In this document: positions 1 through 9,469 of the stretch, in pieces | Numbering within the stretch: position 1 is the stretch's first letter | Layout: every line of letters begins with the position of its first letter | Assembly: GCA_963803435.1 (NCBI GenBank) | Contig: CAWDML010000003.1 | Location: 1 to 64,000, forward strand | Source of the DNA: an uncultured delta proteobacterium | GTDB lineage: Bacteria > Myxococcota > Kuafuiibacteriia > Kuafuiibacteriales > Kuafuiibacteriaceae | DNA length: 64,000 bases | Direction: 5' to 3' | Position numbers and translations under genes: made by a program | The notes under the pieces: model-generated | Database searches by the model: none | The model's input: only the letters and a program-made list of their open reading frames with translations | Told to the model about the DNA's origin: nothing

Positions 1-1002
1 TTGCTGAGCGAGCGAGGCAGGTGTGGGCTCCGAAGCTGATGAGGACGGAGTCGACCGCGTCTTGGTTCTGTTCGGGTCCAACAGCGATGTGGGCATCGAT
101 CTGATTGTTGTCGCAGAATTCGATGTTGGTCGCGCTCAGATAGCCGTTGTCTGCCGTCATCTTCCGCGGAGCATCGCCGCAGTTGCCGAACACATCACGG
201 AGCATCGGGACGAGGTGTTGCTGATCAGGTGCCTGGTTGCTGACCCCTTCGGCGACAATCACCTGAGCGTGCTCATCTACGACAACTTGGGCATTGTAGG
301 CCTGGAGGTACGCTCCCTCCTTCAACATGATCCTGCTGTCTGAGTCGGTGAAGTTCCTCTGAGCGTTGGGCCTCGGTGTGCCGTCCACATTTGCAGGAAC
401 GCGATGATGCGGCCATCCATCATTTCGTTCAGTTGGGTCTGGGATGGTTCGAGCTGGTCAGCCTGCGCTCTTGCCTTCTCGGCTCGAGTTCTCGCTCGCT
501 TCTGCTTCACCCGATCCACAAGAGCATCATCCGCTTTGCTCTGCTGCTCTTCGGCTTGCCTGCGCAATTTCTCCGCGCGAGCCCTGGCGGCATCCTGTTC
601 CAGCGCAGCCTTCGCTTCTCGAATGCGGGCAAGGTGGGATTCACGGCGAGCGAGCTCCGCTGGGATGTCCTCTTCAGTCTCTTCAACGCCCAGCCGCTCG
701 TCTTCCTCTTGGTCGATCGTGCCCGCTCGCTCCAGCAGTTCTTCGATCTCGAGAGACAGCCGCTTCTCCTCCTCGGCCATCCGCTCGTAGGTCATCGCCT
801 TGTGCTTGCTCGCGTTCGCCTGCACCTTCGAGCCATCGAGTGCGACGTGTCCGAGCCGCACCAAACCTGCTTTCTGGCAAAGCTTCAGGACTTCGAGGAA
901 GAGCGCTTTCAGTGCCTCCAGGTGGACGAGCCGAAACTCGTTGATCGTCGTGAAGTGGGGATGACTTTCTCCAGCCAGCACCCGGAATGGAATGTCTTCA
1001 TC
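1..1002 (-). mobile_element. IS1182-family transposase remnant (5'-truncated, frameshifted, runs off window edge)
   Basis: ORF 322..981 has EDIPFRVLAG-like start, HFTTINEFR and VALDGSKVQANASKHKAMTYERM. A second frame from about 420 continues NFTDSDSRIM..GAYLQAYNAQVVVD..TADNGY, typical IS1182 motifs. Homology stops abruptly at about 1002. Confidence 0.85.
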
Positions 1003-1038
1003 GGGACCGGGACCGGGACCGGGACCCGGACCGGGCTC
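1003..1038. repeat. GGGACC hexamer tandem repeat (4 perfect plus 2 degenerate units)
   Basis: GGGACC at 1003, 1009, 1015 and 1021, then CGGACC and GGGCTC. Confidence 0.9.
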
Positions 1039-1041
1039 GCG

Positions 1042-1058
1042 GTAGCGCTACGCGCTAC
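1042..1058. repeat. GTAG-starting palindrome (REP-like hairpin)
   Basis: GTAGCGC-TAC-GCGCTAC, a perfect 7-bp inverted repeat. Only one copy seen in the window. Confidence 0.4.
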
Positions 1059-1065
1059 ACGCTCC

Positions 1066-2252
1066 TAGTCAGCCGGGTCCGAAATCTCTAGCGTGTAGAT
1101 CCTTTGTGTGATCTACGTGGTTCGTGGGGGCGAACAAAGGACCTCGAAAAACGGAGATCACGCTGACTGACGACGAACAGCGCGAGCTCGAACGATTGAC
1201 TCGTCGCGTGCGGTCGAATCGACAGCTGGCACTTCGCGCGAAACTGGTGCTGAGCAGTTCCACTGGCGCGACCGATGCGGCGGTGGCGCGGAACCATCAC
1301 GTGTCTCACCACACCGTTCGTCTGTGGAGAAGGCGGTTTGCGGAGTGCCGTCTCGAGGGGCTGTACGACCAGCCTCGCGTCGGCGCTCCGCGAAAAATCA
1401 GTGATGATCAGGTTGAAGAGATCGTGGTGCAAACGCTGGAAACGACGCCGAAGGGCCGTACGCATTGGAGCACGCGGAAGATGGCAAAGAATGCCGGGGT
1501 GAGCGCCAGTAGCGTCGGACGGATCTGGCGGGCGCATGGCCTCAAGCCCCACGTCGTTCGCGGTTTCAAGTTGTCGAACGATCCGCAGTTCATCTCGAAG
1601 ATTCGCGACGTCGTCGGTCTGTACATGAGCCCGCCCGACAACGCTGTCGTGTTCTCCTTCGACGAGAAGCCGCAGGTCCAGGCGCTGGAGCGTGCTCAAC
1701 CGATCCTTCCGATGGATCTCGGGATGCCCGAGCGACAGACCCACAACTACATCCGCCACGGAACGCTCGACCTCTTCGCCGCCCTCAACGTCGCCACGGG
1801 CAAGGTCATCGCGCAGACCAAGGCACGACACCGAGCGAAGGACTTCGTCGCATTCCTCGGGACGATCGACAACGCGGTAGAGCCGGAACTTGACGTTCAC
1901 GTCATCCTCGACAACCTCGCGACGCACAAGACTCCACAGGTTAAGAGGTGGCTGCTACGCAATCCGCGCTTCCAGCTCCACTTCACACCAACCTATTCCT
2001 CATGGCTAAACCTGGTGGAACGGTTCTTCGCACTGCTGACCGAGGAAGCACTCACTCGCGGCTCCCACACCAGCGTCCCGGTACTTCGCAAGGCGATCGT
2101 CGACTACGTCGAAGTGCACAACGAAGAAGGCAAGCCCTTCGTATGGACGAAGACGGCCGACGAGATCCTCGACAAGATCATGGATTTCGGCAGACGCACA
2201 AAGCAGGTCCACCGCGGATAAATGCGCTAGAAATCAGTGATCCAGCTGACTA
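1066..2252 (+). mobile_element. IS630-family insertion sequence, apparently intact, TA duplication within CTAG
   Basis: Imperfect terminal inverted repeats: left CTAGTCAGCCGGGTCCGAAATCTCTAGCG (from 1065) and reverse complement of the right end CTAGTCAGCTGGATCACTGATTTCTAGCG (to 2253). TA at 1066-1067 and 2251-2252. Confidence 0.92.
1124..2221 (+). CDS. IS630-family transposase
   Basis: HTH region (GRTHWSTRKMA) and DDE motifs FSFDEK, VILDNL, SSWLNLVERFF. Confidence 0.95.
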   Translation: MGANKGPRKTEITLTDDEQRELERLTRRVRSNRQLALRAKLVLSSSTGATDAAVARNHHVSHHTVRLWRRRFAECRLEGLYDQPRVGAPRKISDDQVEEIVVQTLETTPKGRTHWSTRKMAKNAGVSASSVGRIWRAHGLKPHVVRGFKLSNDPQFISKIRDVVGLYMSPPDNAVVFSFDEKPQVQALERAQPILPMDLGMPERQTHNYIRHGTLDLFAALNVATGKVIAQTKARHRAKDFVAFLGTIDNAVEPELDVHVILDNLATHKTPQVKRWLLRNPRFQLHFTPTYSSWLNLVERFFALLTEEALTRGSHTSVPVLRKAIVDYVEVHNEEGKPFVWTKTADEILDKIMDFGRRTKQVHRG

Positions 2253-4843
2253 GCGACGCATGAAGAGGGCGCGGGCGTCGACGCCGGTCCAGACGATCGG
2301 GCAGTTGACCTGCGGCAGGGGCTTGCAGGCGAGCCGGCCGTGCGTCGTGTCGGCGGCGATGTCGAGCGTCGTGCCGGGATGGCTGCCGCGCGGCGTGGAG
2401 GCATCGAGCGCGGCGAAGGGGACCTCGGTGTACGAGAGCTCTGAGCTCGAACCGGTCTGGATGCTGGTGAGGAGCGCGATCCAGACCGAGCCCTCGCGCT
2501 GGATCAAACCGACGTCCTCCAGGTGGCGATCGCCGGCGACGTCCGGGAACGGCGCGTAGCCGGCCCACTGCCCGAAGTTGTCGATGGGGAGCAGCCGGAC
2601 GTCGGTCGAGCCGTCCGGGTCCATGGCTTCGTACGCCACCACGAAGGACTCCGAGCCTGCGTTCGGGACGGAGACGATCTCGAAGCTCGGACCGGTCTCG
2701 GGCGGGAGCGGGGCCGCGATCAGCTGGAAGGCGTCGGGGGCGCCTCCCTGCGTGTTGAGGCGGAGCCAGAGCTCGTTGCGCCCGCCGGCCGTGAGGGCTC
2801 GATGGGCCATCAGGACGTCGCCAACGGCGTTCCGCTGGATCGTGACCCGGTCAAACTGCGCGAGCGTGGAGGTGGCGGCGAAGAACGCGTTGAACGGCTG
2901 GATGAGAGCGTCGGTGACGGTGGCGGTGCGGATCGCGCCGTTGATCGTGAACGCGATCAGGGCGGGATAACGCCCGCCGGTGCCGCCGTCGAGGAACACC
3001 ACCGAGACGCGATCGGCGTTGCCGGCGCCCACGCCGTCGGGGAGGCGCTGAGGATCCGGCGTCAAGGTCGAGCTGGTCACGAACGTGGTGCTCATCGACA
3101 GGAGATCGGTCGACGCCACGAAGAGGAAGCGATCGTAGGTGGGGGAGTACGTGCCTGCGACCGCGGTCGAGTGGGGATCGACCACCGCCGGCGCGAACAG
3201 AACGTTCTCCGGGACGACGTCGAAGATCCGCTCGACCGCAGCGTCGAAGTTGGAGAAGCGGCCGTCCTCGCGGTAGAGCGCGGTGACGACGGTGCCGTCG
3301 GGTGCGGCGGCGCCGATCGTCTCGAAGGGCGGCTCGTAGTAGCCGCTCACCCCGTCGTCGACGCGGAGCACCACCGGCACGAACCGCGCGTCGCCCATGC
3401 CGTCGGGCCTGACCAGCTCGAGCGTTCCAGAGCGCGCGACCAGCGGGATCGTCACCACCACCATCGTGTCTTCCCACCGCGTGATCGCGAGCGGGACCAC
3501 CTCGGCCGTGGTGCCGGTGACGATGCGGGTGAGCCGGGCGATCCCAGGCACGTTGCCGAAGTTGAAGCCGCGGGCCGTGATCTCGCGTCCCGCGATCGCC
3601 ACGGGCGGCTCGATCGCGGTCAGCGCCGGCGCCAGCGTCCCCGTGGCCGCGAGCTCGGCGGTCAGGATCATCCCGAGGTTGGTCGCGGCGTCGAGGGCCC
3701 GCACGCCCACGAAGAGCCGTTGATTGCGCGGCACGCCCAGCTCCTCGAACCGCCGCTGGAAGGCGAGGACCGAACCCGGCGCGATCGGCTCCGGCGGAGT
3801 CACGACCGGCAGGCCGCGGAAGCCGTCCGGGTCGGTCAGGACGCTCATGTCGGTCGACGCGCGCACCTGATAGGCAGTCACCTTGCCGGCGCTCGGGATG
3901 CCGTCGTCCTCGGTGGGCTCGACGAACGAGATGAGCGCGCCGCCCCCGCTGGCGGTGACCGTCAGGTTGATGACGGGGCCGGGCGGGGTCGTGTCCTGCG
4001 GGATGTTCGAGGCCGTCGCCGCTGGGGAATAGTTGAGCGGTCGATCGTCGAGAATCCGTGTCGAAAGCATAGACGACCACGGTGTACGGGACGCCGTCGG
4101 TCAGCCCGAAGATGTCGACGTCCGACGGGACCGCAAGGGGCGAGATTGCCGCGACCCGGATCCCCGGCGCGAGCTCGTCCCCTTCGGCGAAGGTTCGCTG
4201 CCGGGCGATCGAAGGCGGGTTGCGACCGGCCGTCGAGGTCGCCACCGCCACCAGATAACCGTCGGCGCCGTCCGCCTGTCCGTAGCTGACATGGAGGCCT
4301 TCACCGGCGGTGATGAGATCGGCGTGGACCGGGTTGGGCGCGGTCGGCGGGTCCATGTCGACCTCCGGGATCTTCGATCCCGGTCGAGATGAGCTCGAGC
4401 GTGCCCGCGTTCTGCGTCTCACCGGCGACCACCGTGATCCCGTCGATCCGCCCGCGGAAGGCGACGGCGCCGGCGACCCGCGGATCGACGTTCGTACCCA
4501 GGTATGCGTTCGCGAGGACCGACCGGTTCTCCCCCGCAGGCACTCTGGAGAGCTCCCACTCCCCACCCCCGTACAGGAGCATCTGCTCGCCCGAGACCGG
4601 GCTCGCCACCAGGTTCGTCTCGATCGGGTTGCCGAGGACGTCCGTCAGCATCGAGCCGTCGGAGTCGAGCGCGACGATCTGGAGTCGCGCGATGATCGTC
4701 GGAACTGACTCGGCCACGAGCGCCCGACGCTGGAGACCGGGCTGATCCGCGAACACGAGGTCGGCCGTGAGGCCGCCATACTCCGTTCGCGCGCTGCACG
4801 CTGAAGCGAGCAACAAGACCAGGGCGCGCGAAGACGGACGCAT
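2250..4843 (-). CDS. Secreted lipoprotein with FN3-like and IPT/TIG-like domains (about 863 aa once two +1 frameshifts at about 4054 and 4375 are corrected)
   Basis: Signal peptide with lipobox MRPSSRALVLLLASAC. Coding frames join across track ORFs 4301..5170, 2851..4566 and 2250..4070. DTTPPGPVINL (FN3-like) and LTAIEPPVAIAGREITARGFNFG (IPT-like) are visible. Confidence 0.7.
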
Positions 4844-5878
4844 CAGTAACGTCCCCGGATGGTGCCCGTGCCACCTTCGATGTCCGGTCCCCCCTTGGTG
4901 CCGCCCGCGAGGAGCGCGGCGGTGGTGGCGCCGGCGACGACGGCCGCGCCGATCGAGGTCCAGAACCACCAGCGAGTGAAGACGTCGCCGTCCTCGCTCG
5001 AGCCGGTCTCGGCCGAGGCCGCGGGTGTGCGGGTGGTGGCGACCGCATCGACCGCGAACGCGAGCGTCACCTCGGTCGTTCGCTCGGGCTCGATCGCGAT
5101 CTCCTGGGTGGTGCGGTGGCCGTCGTTGCGCACGGCGATCAGCGAGTGGCTCCCCGGCGCGCCGCTCCACACCATGCTCCCGTCGCCCTGGAAGAGGAGC
5201 GGCTCACCGTCGACGCTCACCTCCGCGACGTTGGCGAGCTGGTCCTTGGCGAGGTGAATTCCACCGTCGGCCGGGGCGCTCGCCTCCACCGGCGCCGGCG
5301 TGCGACCGTCGTCCACCATGTAGCCGTCGTCGTCCTTGAGATCTTCCTTCGGAGGCGGCGCCGGGGCCCCCTTCGCGTTCTCGTCCCCCGCCTTGGAAGC
5401 GAGGGGTCCGCCGGTTGGCTTGGCCATCGTGTCGATGAGCGCCCGCGTCGCGGCAACGGCGCGGCGTCGCATTCCGGAGCCGGCCAGCTTCTTGCCCGAA
5501 CGACCGGTGCCGATCCGCTTGCTGTTCTTCACGTCGATCGCGATCAGCGTGACGCTGGTAGCGTCGAGGGTTCCGGCCACCAGGACGTCGGCGCCCAGGG
5601 CGGCCCCGATCTCGGCCAGACACTCGACGTTTTCGCCGCAGTCGCGGGCCTGCTCTCGCGCCGGTCCGATCAGGAAGTCGTGTCTCTTCTTCTGGAGGAC
5701 CATCGACATGCCGAGACGCGTGCTCGAGCGCTTGAGCTCGTTGATCACGAGCTTCCAGGCGTCGAGCCCGGCCGGCGGCTTCACGCCCTCCTCGGACAGC
5801 GGCAGCGCCACCAGCTCCTTCGAATCGGAGGCGGCGATACCGGCGAGAAAGACGATCAACATGCCCCCTGGGGCCATG
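4843..5878 (-). CDS. Hypothetical exported protein, PEGA-like domain and C-terminal membrane segment
   Basis: DCGENVECLAEIGAALGAD motif, EVSVDGE..APGSHSL (PEGA-like) and C-terminal TRWWFWTSIGAAVVAG, an architecture common in Myxococcota. Start uncertain (5862-5919). Confidence 0.65.
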
Positions 5879-5952
5879 CCCACGATGCTATGGGTCGATC
5901 GCGCGTCATGCAACCGCACGTGCGCGGAGCCGGGTACGAGGGCTTGGCCGAG

Positions 5953-8100
5953 TCAGTAAAAGCGCTTTCCGGCGCGGGCCTTCTCCACCAGGAGATCGGG
6001 CGCTGCGAAGCGCTTCCCGTGGGCCTCCTCCTCGCGGTGGACGCGCGCCAGCAACTCCTTGGCCCCCATGGCGTCGGACATGCGGAACGGGCCCCCCCGG
6101 AACGGCGGGAACCCGAGCCCGAAGATCGCGCCGATGTCCCCGTCGCGCGGGCTTCGCAGGACGCCCTCCTCGAGGCAGCGGATCGCCTCGGAGACCATCT
6201 GGATCGCCAGCCGTTCCCCCAGCCGCTCGAGATCGTGCTTCTCCTTCATGTTCGGCTGCACGCCCAGCGTCTCGTAAACGGTGTCGTCGATCTCCTTCTT
6301 GCGCTGGTCGTAGGTGTAGAAGCCCTTCTTGCCCTTGCGTCCGGTCCGCCCGTCGGCGACCAGCTTCTCGAAGGCGTCCGGGACCTGATACCGCTCGCCG
6401 AGCTTCGACCGCGCGATCTTGGAGACCTTCGCCGCGGTGTCGATGCCGACCTCGTCGAGCAGCGTGATCGGTCCAACCGGAAAGCCGAACGCGAGCGCAG
6501 CCTCGTCGATCACCTCGATCGGGAGGCTCTCGCCCAGCATCCAGAGCGCCTCCGCCATGTAGGGTCCCAGGATGCGGCTGGTGTAGAAGCCCACGCCGTC
6601 GTTCACGACGATCACGGTCTTCTTCTGCCGGCGCCCCACCGCCACCGCCGTGGCGATGGTCTCGTCGGAGGTCTTGTCGGTCCGGATCACCTCGAGCAGC
6701 GGCATCCGGTGCACGGGTGAGAAGTAGTGCATTCCGATCACGCGCTCCGGTCGCGCCGATGCCCGGGCGATCTCACCGATCGGAATGGACGAGGTGTTGG
6801 ACGCGAAGATCGCGTCGGGCGGCGCGACCGCCTCGACCTCCTTGAGGACGCGATGCTTGACCTCGAGATCCTCGAAGACCGCCTCGATCACCAGGTCGCA
6901 GGCGGCGAAGCCGCTGTAGTCCGTCGTCCCGCTCACCCGTAACATCGCGTGCTCGCGCTCGCGCTCGGTGAGGCGGCGGCGCTCGACGCGCGCATCCAAC
7001 AGCTTCCGGACGGCCCCCATGCCCCGGGCGACCGAGTCGTCGTCCTGATCCCTGATGCGCACGTCGTAGCCGGCCTCGATCGAGACGTACGCGATCCCGT
7101 GACCCATGATTCCGGCGCCGAGCACGCCGACCTTCTCGACGTCCTTCGCCTTCACCTTTGCGCCGCGAGTTCCGTTGTCCTTCCTCAGCTCGTTGGTCGC
7201 GAAGAAGATCTCCATCAACCGCTGCGCCACCTCGGACTTGGCCAGCCGGCCGAAAGCCTCCGCCTCCGCCTCCAGCCCCGCCTTCATCCCCTTCTCGAGA
7301 CCGACCCGCATCACCTTGAGGATCTCGTACGGCGCCGGATAGTCGTCCTTGGCCTTCTTCCTGGCCTCCTTCTCGGCCTGATCGAAGACCAGGTTCCGGC
7401 CCACCGGGTTCTTCGCCATCGCCAGCTCTTTGAGGTGCGCGAGATCGAAGAGCTCTGCCATGCGGTCGCCGAAGCTCTTGCCCTTGTGCTTGGCGAGCTC
7501 CAGCGCGACCTGCGCGGCCACCTCGATCGCGATCGACGGTGCCACCACGTCCTGCACCAGACCGATCCGGCGCGCCTTGCCCGCGTCGATGTGCTTGCCG
7601 GTGAGGATCAGATCGAGCGCGTCCTCCAGCCCCACCTCCCGCGGGAGTCGCTGGGTCCCCCCGCCGGCGGGCAGGAGCCCGATCTGGACCTCCGGGAGCC
7701 CGAGCTTCGTCTTCGGGTGATCGGTGGCGATCCGGGCGTGGCAGGCGAGGGCGAGCTCGAGCCCCCCGCCGAGGCACGCTCCGTCGATCGCGGCGACGTA
7801 CGGGATCGCCGAGCGTTCGATCTCGTCGAGCACCGCCTGGAGCGAGCGGCTCAGCTCGGCCGCCTCCTTCTCGCTCTTGATCTTCTGGATGGTCGAGATG
7901 TCGGCGCCCGCCAGGAACGAGCCCGGCTTCTTCGACGCGACGACCACGCCGGTCAGCGCGGCCCGCTCGATCTCCTTCATCATCCCGGCCAGCTCCTCGC
8001 CGAAGCCGGCCGTGATGGTGTTCTGGGTCTCGCCGGGCACGTCCAGGTAGACGACGCCTACGCCGTCAGCGCGCTTCTCCAATCGGATCGACTTCTCCAT
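5953..8100 (-). CDS. fadJ: Fatty acid oxidation complex alpha subunit (enoyl-CoA hydratase/3-hydroxyacyl-CoA dehydrogenase)
   Basis: FLAGADI, CLGGGLELALAC, GLPEVQIGLLP, VLGAGIMG, ASNTSS, GMHYFSPV and GDIGAIFGLGFPPFRGGPF. Confidence 0.93.
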   Translation of the reverse strand: MEKSIRLEKRADGVGVVYLDVPGETQNTITAGFGEELAGMMKEIERAALTGVVVASKKPGSFLAGADISTIQKIKSEKEAAELSRSLQAVLDEIERSAIPYVAAIDGACLGGGLELALACHARIATDHPKTKLGLPEVQIGLLPAGGGTQRLPREVGLEDALDLILTGKHIDAGKARRIGLVQDVVAPSIAIEVAAQVALELAKHKGKSFGDRMAELFDLAHLKELAMAKNPVGRNLVFDQAEKEARKKAKDDYPAPYEILKVMRVGLEKGMKAGLEAEAEAFGRLAKSEVAQRLMEIFFATNELRKDNGTRGAKVKAKDVEKVGVLGAGIMGHGIAYVSIEAGYDVRIRDQDDDSVARGMGAVRKLLDARVERRRLTEREREHAMLRVSGTTDYSGFAACDLVIEAVFEDLEVKHRVLKEVEAVAPPDAIFASNTSSIPIGEIARASARPERVIGMHYFSPVHRMPLLEVIRTDKTSDETIATAVAVGRRQKKTVIVVNDGVGFYTSRILGPYMAEALWMLGESLPIEVIDEAALAFGFPVGPITLLDEVGIDTAAKVSKIARSKLGERYQVPDAFEKLVADGRTGRKGKKGFYTYDQRKKEIDDTVYETLGVQPNMKEKHDLERLGERLAIQMVSEAIRCLEEGVLRSPRDGDIGAIFGLGFPPFRGGPFRMSDAMGAKELLARVHREEEAHGKRFAAPDLLVEKARAGKRFY

Positions 8101-8101
8101 C

Positions 8102-9418
8102 TCAGGCCTCCACGATCATCGCGGCTCCCAGGCCGCCGGCCGCGCACTGCGCCACCAGTCCCAGCCCCCCTCCGCGCCGCCTGAGCTCGCGCAGCACGGT
8201 GGTGAGCTGGCGTGTTCCGGTGGCGGCGAAGGGATGGCCGATCGCGATGGATCCGCCGTGCACGTTGAGCTTCGCCTCGTCCACCTCGCCGATCGCCTTC
8301 TTCCGGCCCAGCTTCTCCTCGGCCCACTTCTTCGACGCGAAGGCCTGGAGGTTCGACAGCACCTGGGCCGCGAACGCTTCGTGAAGATCGATCAGGGCGA
8401 GGCTCTTCAGCTCCAGGTTGACTGCGTCGAGGGCGCGCGGAGTCGCGTACGCCGGGCCCATCAGGAGCTGCTCTCCCGGATCGAGCGCGGCGAATGCAAA
8501 GGAACGGATCGTACCGAGCGGGCGATGACCGAGCGCGCGGGCTACGTCCGCCCGCATCAGCACGACACCCGAGGCGCCGTCGGTCAGCGGCGAGCTGTTC
8601 CCCGCCGTGATCGTGCCATGCTGCTTGTCGAAGACCGGCTTCAGCTCGGCGTAGGCCTCCAGGGTCGAGTCGGTCCGGACGATGTTGTCCATCCGGACGG
8701 CCTCGTACGAAGGCGGGACGCGGACGGTCATCACCTCGTCGGCGAAGAGACCTTCTTTCCAGGCAAACGCGGCGTGGGCGTGGCTCCGGTGGGCGAGCTC
8801 GTCCTGCGCTGCGCGGGAGATCCCGTTCTCCTTCGCCATCTTCTCGGCGCTCTCGCCCATGGTCAGGCCGGTGGAGAGCTCTCGCAGCGCGGGCGGCACC
8901 GGGAGCAGATCCTTCGGCGCCAGGTGCGAGAAGGCCATCACCTTGTCCATGCCGCTCTTGGCCTGGTTCATCAGAAGGAGCGCGTCTGCCAGCGGCTTGC
9001 TGACCGTGATCGGCACCTCGCTCGCCGAGTCGGCGCCTCCAGCGATCACGACCTTCGCCTGACCCGTCTGGATCATCATCGCCGCCGAGGCGACCGCCTG
9101 GGTCGAGGTCGCGCAGGCGCGCGAGACCGAGTAGGCGTCGACGCTCTTCGGAAGATCGAGCGACAGGACGAGCTCCCGGGCGATGTTCGGACCGATCAAG
9201 GACGGGATCACCTGTCCGAACACGACGGCGTCGAGCTCGGATTTTTCGAGGGCGGTCCGCATCAGCAGCTCGCGCACCACGAGCGCGCCGAGATCGAGCG
9301 CCGACATGGATTTGTAGGCGGTCCCGACCTTGGCGAACGGGGTCCGGAGCCCGGCGACGACCACCACCTCGGGGAGGTTGGGCGTGACTTCGACGGCGTG
9401 GGTCATGACGCGGCGCAT
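8102..9418 (-). CDS. fadI: Acetyl-CoA C-acyltransferase (thiolase)
   Basis: VSRACATS, GNSSPLTDGA, GGSIAIGHPFAATG and CAAGGLG; directly upstream of fadJ. Confidence 0.92.
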   Translation of the reverse strand: MRRVMTHAVEVTPNLPEVVVVAGLRTPFAKVGTAYKSMSALDLGALVVRELLMRTALEKSELDAVVFGQVIPSLIGPNIARELVLSLDLPKSVDAYSVSRACATSTQAVASAAMMIQTGQAKVVIAGGADSASEVPITVSKPLADALLLMNQAKSGMDKVMAFSHLAPKDLLPVPPALRELSTGLTMGESAEKMAKENGISRAAQDELAHRSHAHAAFAWKEGLFADEVMTVRVPPSYEAVRMDNIVRTDSTLEAYAELKPVFDKQHGTITAGNSSPLTDGASGVVLMRADVARALGHRPLGTIRSFAFAALDPGEQLLMGPAYATPRALDAVNLELKSLALIDLHEAFAAQVLSNLQAFASKKWAEEKLGRKKAIGEVDEAKLNVHGGSIAIGHPFAATGTRQLTTVLRELRRRGGGLGLVAQCAAGGLGAAMIVEA

Positions 9419-9469
9419 CGCAGTACGCCGCTCCGCCGGCGTCAAGGCCCCCGCGCCAGGACGAGAGGG

